Source: Cyanophora paradoxa CCMP329
Lineage: Eukaryota; Plantae; Glaucophyta
Assembly (NCBI GenBank): GCA_004431415.1
Contig: QPMI01000647.1
Span: 62,001-126,000, forward strand
Direction: 5' to 3'
Length of the DNA: 64,000 nucleotides
The translations under genes were made by a program, and so were the position numbers. Position 1 is the stretch's first letter, and every line of letters begins with the position of its first letter. Shown here piece by piece: positions 58,717-64,000 of the stretch. The notes below the pieces were generated by a model. The model was not told the DNA's origin. It ran no database searches and worked only from the letters and a program-made list of their open reading frames with translations.

Positions 58717-61700
58717 TCAGGCGTCCAGCTCCGGTTTGGGCAGGGCCCGCCGCGCCCACGCGTCCCGCAGGCTGGCCGCCTCGCCCCGCCGCCCCCTCGA
58801 CTCGTACCTGATCATGATCATGAGCCCAAAGCAAAACGTTAACAAGCGCGCGCTAAGCCGCAAGTCTCTAGATAGATCTCAGACGCAAAAGCAAAAGCAC
58901 CATCTTAGCACCATCTATAGCTAAGCTTCTAATAAGAACTGTACGTATAATACTCAAGCACCATCTGAGGCCCTCGTCGTAGAAGGCCTCGGCGGCCGGC
59001 TCCCAGTCCAGCGCGAAGAGGAGCCGGAGGCCCCTCGGGAGGGGCCCGCCCGTGAGGCTCCTCACCAGCCTGCGCGCGCAGGTCGGCGTCAGCGTCGGCG
59101 GCCGATCGATATCGCGAGCCCGAGCAGCGGAGGAGGAGAAGTAGCCTAGAATGGCATACATATGTATATAGGATGGCGAGATCGAGATAGCCTGACTTTA
59201 AGATCTAAGAGGGGAGCGTGCGGGTGCCCGGGCCGGGGCGGGCCTGCAGAGGTCGGCGGCGGAGCAGCGGAGGAGGCTCCCTCGATGGACGGAGCAGGAA
59301 CGAACAGGTCGGCGTCGACGTCGGCGGCCGGCCGCGAGCGGAGATCTAGAGGGCCGACGAAGTACTAGTATCCTATAGCTAACACCGCATCTAAGAGGAT
59401 ATCGGCGGGCGGAGCAGGGGCGGGCCTAACATGGCATTCTAACATGGCAGTAATTTTTAAGAATATCCTAACATGGCATCTAATTTAGAAGAGGGGAGCG
59501 GGAGCCCGGGGCGAGCTAACGAGCCTGCAGAGGTCGGCGGCGGAGCAGCGGAGGAGGAGAAGTAGCCTAAAATGGCATATGTATATAGGATGGCGAGCTC
59601 GAGATCTAGATAGCCTGACTTTAAGATCTAAGAGGATATCGATGGGCGGGGCGGGGGGCGGGCCTGCAGAGGTCGGCGGCGGAGCAGCGGAGGAGGCTCC
59701 GGGCGTCCAGCTGGAGGCCCCGGAGCACCTCCACGTCCCTGCGGGCGGAAGAATTAGACATGAACAGAACTAAGAATCTGATGGAGCTGCTGAGCGGAGC
59801 GGAGCAGAAAAGAGGCGGACTCGTCGCTTATAAATTAGAAGCTTATATACAGTTCTTATAAGAAGCTTAGATGGCGCTAGACTATTATGTAGGCTTCAGT
59901 ACTAGTTCTTGTTAGGAGCAGATCTAGAAAAGGGGCGGACGCGTCGGGCAGCTGCCGCCTGGCGAGGAGCGTTGCTTCGAGGTAGGCCCAGACCCCTTCG
60001 TGCCCAAGGGACAAGACGTCGGCGCCGGCCGCTCTGGACGTAGATGGAGACCCGCGAAACACTTAGTTAGCACATGGACGAAGGCTGAAACAGTATCAGC
60101 TGCAGAAGAGAAAGAGCGCACGGGTGGGCACGGGCATGCATATGGCCATGGGCGGCCTCGACTGGCGCTGGCGTTGCCGGCGGACCGAAATGCGGAGGCG
60201 GCTGCGGCCTCTGCACGTGGCCAGGAGACGCGAGCGGCCCGGCCGAAGCGCACGGGGCTGCAGCTGCGGGCAGCTGCAGGCCGTCCGCGGCCGTTGAGGC
60301 CACGTCGCCTCGGGCCCCGCGATCAACGCCGGCGCCGGCCGCGGCGGCGCCCTCCGCCTCGAATTCGAATTCGTCCTGACGTGACGTTTCAGAAAATCCA
60401 GAAATGCTGGTGCGAGCGGCGGATCCGGAGGCTCGCCCGGAGCCAGCGCACCTCGAGCTCGTTGATGATCTCGACGGTGATGTCGTCGTCGTCTTCGTCG
60501 TCGCTCTCTGCTGCCGCGGTCGCGTCCCGCGAGCTCGAGCTCGAGGCCGCTGCGGGCTGCGGCTGCGCGTGCTGCGCCTCCAAATCTGCTGCGCTCAAGC
60601 ACGCCGCTTGCCCGACTTGTTCGGCCTGTTCGGCTCGCTCGGCCGGGACGCAGATGCCGCCGCCGCCCACCTCTAGATCTTGCAAGATGCCGTCCTCCGA
60701 CGGCTCTGACGGCTCTGAGTGTGAGATGCGCGCACAGGCGCCGCGAGGCCCGAACGGACTGCTCACCGGCACCGGTACCCCGCTTTGATCCCCCCGCGGC
60801 CCGCCCATCCAGCTCGCCGCCCGTTTCGGTCCACGGCCGGCTCGAGCTCCAGCGGCGGTCGCGATCGACGACGTACACGAAGCCCTCCTAAAGAGACGTG
60901 TCAGATTTGATACTAGAAATCAGATTAGAAATCTGATTAGCTACTGATAAGATTAGATTAGGATGAACGTTAACAGAGATCGCGATCGTGAGCGCGGATC
61001 CGGAGCACGTGCGGAGCGCTCATGCTAGAGCGCCGCGCTCACCATTCGCTTGGCGGTCCAGCTGACGACGCCCTCCTGCGTGCAGAAGTGGCGGAAGGGC
61101 CACCGGAAGATGTGGAGCGGCGAGCCGGCCTGCGCGCGCGCGCGCGAGCAGAGGTCAACGGGGGCGTGGCGATGCGCAAGCGAGCTGGCCGTGCGAGGCC
61201 AGGGGCCCGGGCTGCACGCACGAAGAAGCCCGAATGGGGCTTGTACTTCTTGTCCAGGTGCCGGAGCGTAAGGAGCTGCGATCGGCCCAATCGAAGTCAG
61301 AGGCCGACAACGTTAACACTCACATGAGGTGCTGGGCGGAGACCATAGTCTTGTCGGCAAGCGTCGCCTTGAACCGGTCGAGGATCTTTTGGGACAACTC
61401 CTCGGGAAACGCGAGGTTGGCCATGAAGATTTTTGAGTACCTGACGTCGCCGCTAGTTAAAGAATGGAAGATAATCTAGAATTAGATTATAATTAGAAGG
61501 TTTTGGGGCCTCTGGGAGTGTTTGCAGTAACTGGCGATCGCGACGCCGCGCTTTCCGGGGCGCAGGCCCGCAAGGGCGGCGGGCCGGGGCGGAGAGCACA
61601 GGCTTCGGGGCCGGACGCGCGCACCCCTCGAAGCCGCTGTGGTCCGAGGCGTCCCCGCAGTGGAACTCGCACTCGCCCGCCTCGATCCCGTTCTCCGCCA

Positions 61701-63205
61701 TCAGCTGCGCGCCCGGGGGGAGTCAGGCCTCATTTTTGAGATCTAAGAGGCATACAAAAACTTATATTTAGATGGGGTGGGGGGGGGGGGGGGCGAGGAG
61801 GGGGTGGGGTGGGGTGGGTGGGTGGGGGGGGGGGGGGGGCAGGGCAGGGCAGCCTCTTCTTTCTAGAAGCTAAGGGAGTGGCGGGGGGGGGGGGGGGGGG
61901 TGGGGGGGGGATGGGGGGGTCCGGGGGGGCTGGGGCGCACCCTGTTGAAGTGCGGGAGTACACTCATGGATGCTTGGTGGAGGTCGGCTCGGACCTCGAT
62001 GCCGACCGCGCGGCAGCCCACCAGCGCCGCCACCTGCGCGCGTACGCAGTGTCAGGGAAGAAGCAGAGTCGCGGCTCCATCCGTCGAGTCACCTGGAAGA
62101 CGACGTTGCCCCAGCCGCAGCCGATGTCGAGGAAGACGTCGTCCTTCGTCAGCTTGAGCTCCTTGATGATCTGCCGGCGGCGCGGTTGGCGGACAGCGGG
62201 CGGGGGACGCGGGCGGCAGAGTACTAGTCCGCTGCGGGCTCGCACGTCGACGCACGATGCGGACGAAGGGCGAGAGGACCTCGCCGTAGACCTCCCTCGA
62301 GAACGGCGTGTACTGCTTGACGATGCTCCCGTCCCAGTTCGCCAGGCGGTCCTGCGCCAGGGAAGACAGGCGGGGGGAAGGGGGTGGGGAAGCGGGGGGG
62401 GAGCGGATCAGGGACCGCGGGCCGAGCGGCGCGAACGCGGACGAGGGGGGCGCACGGCCTCGCTCATCAGCGCCTCGAGCTGAGTCGGCCGGGCGTAGGG
62501 CGCGCTGGGAGGGGCTCAGCGCGCGGGGGCGAGGGTGGGGGCGATCGCGAGCAGCCAAGGCGCGCGGGCGGCGCACCGGCCCCAGGCGCAGCCGTGGGGG
62601 AGCTTGGCTGATCGGATGTGGACCTTGGGCGGCTCTGGGGAAGGGGCCCGGCCCGGGGCCGAGCCCCAGCCGAGGGCGCGCTTCTTGGGGGCCGAGGAGT
62701 CGGGTCCGGATCCGGCGGAGGAGCCGGCGGGCGGGTCCGCGCCCTCCTCCTCCTCCCCGTCCTCCGTCTCGCTGCCCGACTCGTCCGCGTCGCGATCGTC
62801 GAGCTCCTCATCCGCGTATCCCTTCCACGACCTCCGCTTCTGCCGCTCGCTCGGCCCCCCCTCCGCTTCGCTCTCGCTGGCCGTGGACTGCTCCTCGGCC
62901 TGCTCCTCGGCCCTACGCCGCCTCCGGTGCGGCGCTGCGGCCATCGGGGACGTCGCTACGCCCGAGCGCTCGAGCGTTGGGGCCAAGGTCCGGCGATGAG
63001 CCTTCCGAACGCGGAAGTCCGGGCTGCAGCTGACGGAGCGCGACGAACGGCGCGGGCCGCCCGACGGCGAGCGCGGAGCGTCCGGCTTCGGCTGCAAGCG
63101 CAAGGACGATCGGCCGCGGCTGCTATGAGGCGACTGTGGCTGCGCCCCCCGCGCCAGCTGTCTCGGCCGCAGCGTTGGCGTGTGAGCTCGACCGGTCTTC
63201 TCCAT
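58717..63205 (-). CDS. DOT1: DOT1-family histone H3K79 methyltransferase with a C-terminal extension (possible SAM domain)
   Basis: VKQYTPFSREVYGE, IIKELKLTKDDVFLDIGCGWGNVVFQ|VAALVGCRAVGIE, EFHCGD, IFMANLAF, VVSWT|..FVYVVDR. Linkage of the C-terminal exons (58717-60700) is less certain. Confidence 0.85.
59120..59700. repeat. Patchwork intronic duplications of an exon end plus flanking intron
   Basis: cctgcagaggtcggcggcggagcagcggaggagg occurs at 59243, 59524 and 59663; a ~90 bp unit occurs at 59122 and 59541. Confidence 0.85.
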
Positions 63206-64000
63206 GGTCAGCGGCGAGGGCGGTACGTCGGGCTTCGGCTGTGATGATGATCAGCTGATAAAGAGCGCATGCGAGCGGGCGACGTACCGCGCGCAGCGGC
63301 AGCTGCGCTGCAGCTGGACACGTACATGTACACGTACATGAGGTGACCGCAGTCGCGGCTGCCCCGCGACTCGTCCTGGCATGGCGGAGAACGCGCCGAT
63401 CGGCAGCGATCGCGGTCTAGATCTTGTTTAGCTCTGCGTCGGGGCGCTGTCAATTGCAAGTGCGATCGATGGCCATGCGAGCGCAGCGGCGCGTCCCCGA
63501 GGCGTGCATACGCACCTTGTCCTTCGACAAGCCCGCCCCTCGGTCGTGCAGAAGCTAGGCGCCCGGCACGGATCGCGGGCATGCGAGGTCGTGCGCCCGA
63601 CCGCAAGCTTGGTTGACTGCTTCAAGACTAGAGTCTGTCAAGCGTGCTGCGGGGTTGCAGATCTCTCCGGATCCCCGGCGCGCGGCCGGCGCCGCGGAGT
63701 TCAAGCCCACCAGAGGGGTATAGGCGCATGACCACTTCGTTCGCCGGCCGACGTCGACCCAGTTGCAATTGCACCGCGGCGCACTGCGGCAGCGCGCGCG
63801 CGCCTCAGGGCCCATGATGCTGTGGCCCTGCTGCTCCCCGTCCCACCTCGCGGCCGCGCGCCTCGGGCGCTGCAGCACTAGCTCTAGCACAGCGCTAGCG
63901 TGCATCTAGGCTTAGCTAATTGGGCCCGAGGTAGCGAGCCTCGGAGGAGGAGGAGGAGGGGGAAGAAGAAGAGGGGGGTGGAGGTGCTAAAAAAAAGGCA

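Noticed and set aside
1-64000. Hundreds of long Arg/Pro/Gly/Ala-rich ORFs in the six-frame track (for example 49581-51509 -, 20033-21115 +, 54132-55580 -)
   Set aside because: Shadow ORFs caused by high GC; they lie antisense or off-frame to recognisable spliced genes.

Overview
This window is eukaryotic nuclear DNA from a very GC-rich, intron-dense genome, probably a protist or alga; the taxon cannot be fixed from sequence. Introns are mostly short and many use GC rather than GT donors. Most six-frame ORFs are shadow ORFs, so I rebuilt genes by manual splicing. Recognisable genes, left to right: a Kelch + filamin-repeat protein (-, runs off the left edge) head-to-head with a lipoate-protein ligase (+); an F-box/LRR/ankyrin protein (+); a soluble adenylate cyclase (ADCY10-like) STAND NTPase (-); two divergent orphan paralogs flanking a 4 kb nest of hAT- and Tc1/mariner-type MITEs; an AAA+ ATPase apparently disrupted by a ~640 bp insertion (-); a BK/Slo-type K+ channel (-) head-to-head with an NWD-like DUF4062-NACHT-WD40 protein (+); and a DOT1 H3K79 methyltransferase with a possible C-terminal SAM domain (-). 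There are also three 5'-truncated copies of a poly(A) non-LTR retroelement ending in a UUCG stem-loop. The most unusual observations are: (1) a tract that reads as stacked transposon excision footprints matching the termini of neighbouring MITEs; (2) strong regional, strand-biased GTAC/GTACCCC enrichment in some gene bodies; (3) a recent ~150 nt gene-conversion tract between otherwise diverged inverted orphan paralogs; (4) recurrent local duplication of exon ends and stop codons. All domain calls rest on motif recognition by eye, not database searches.
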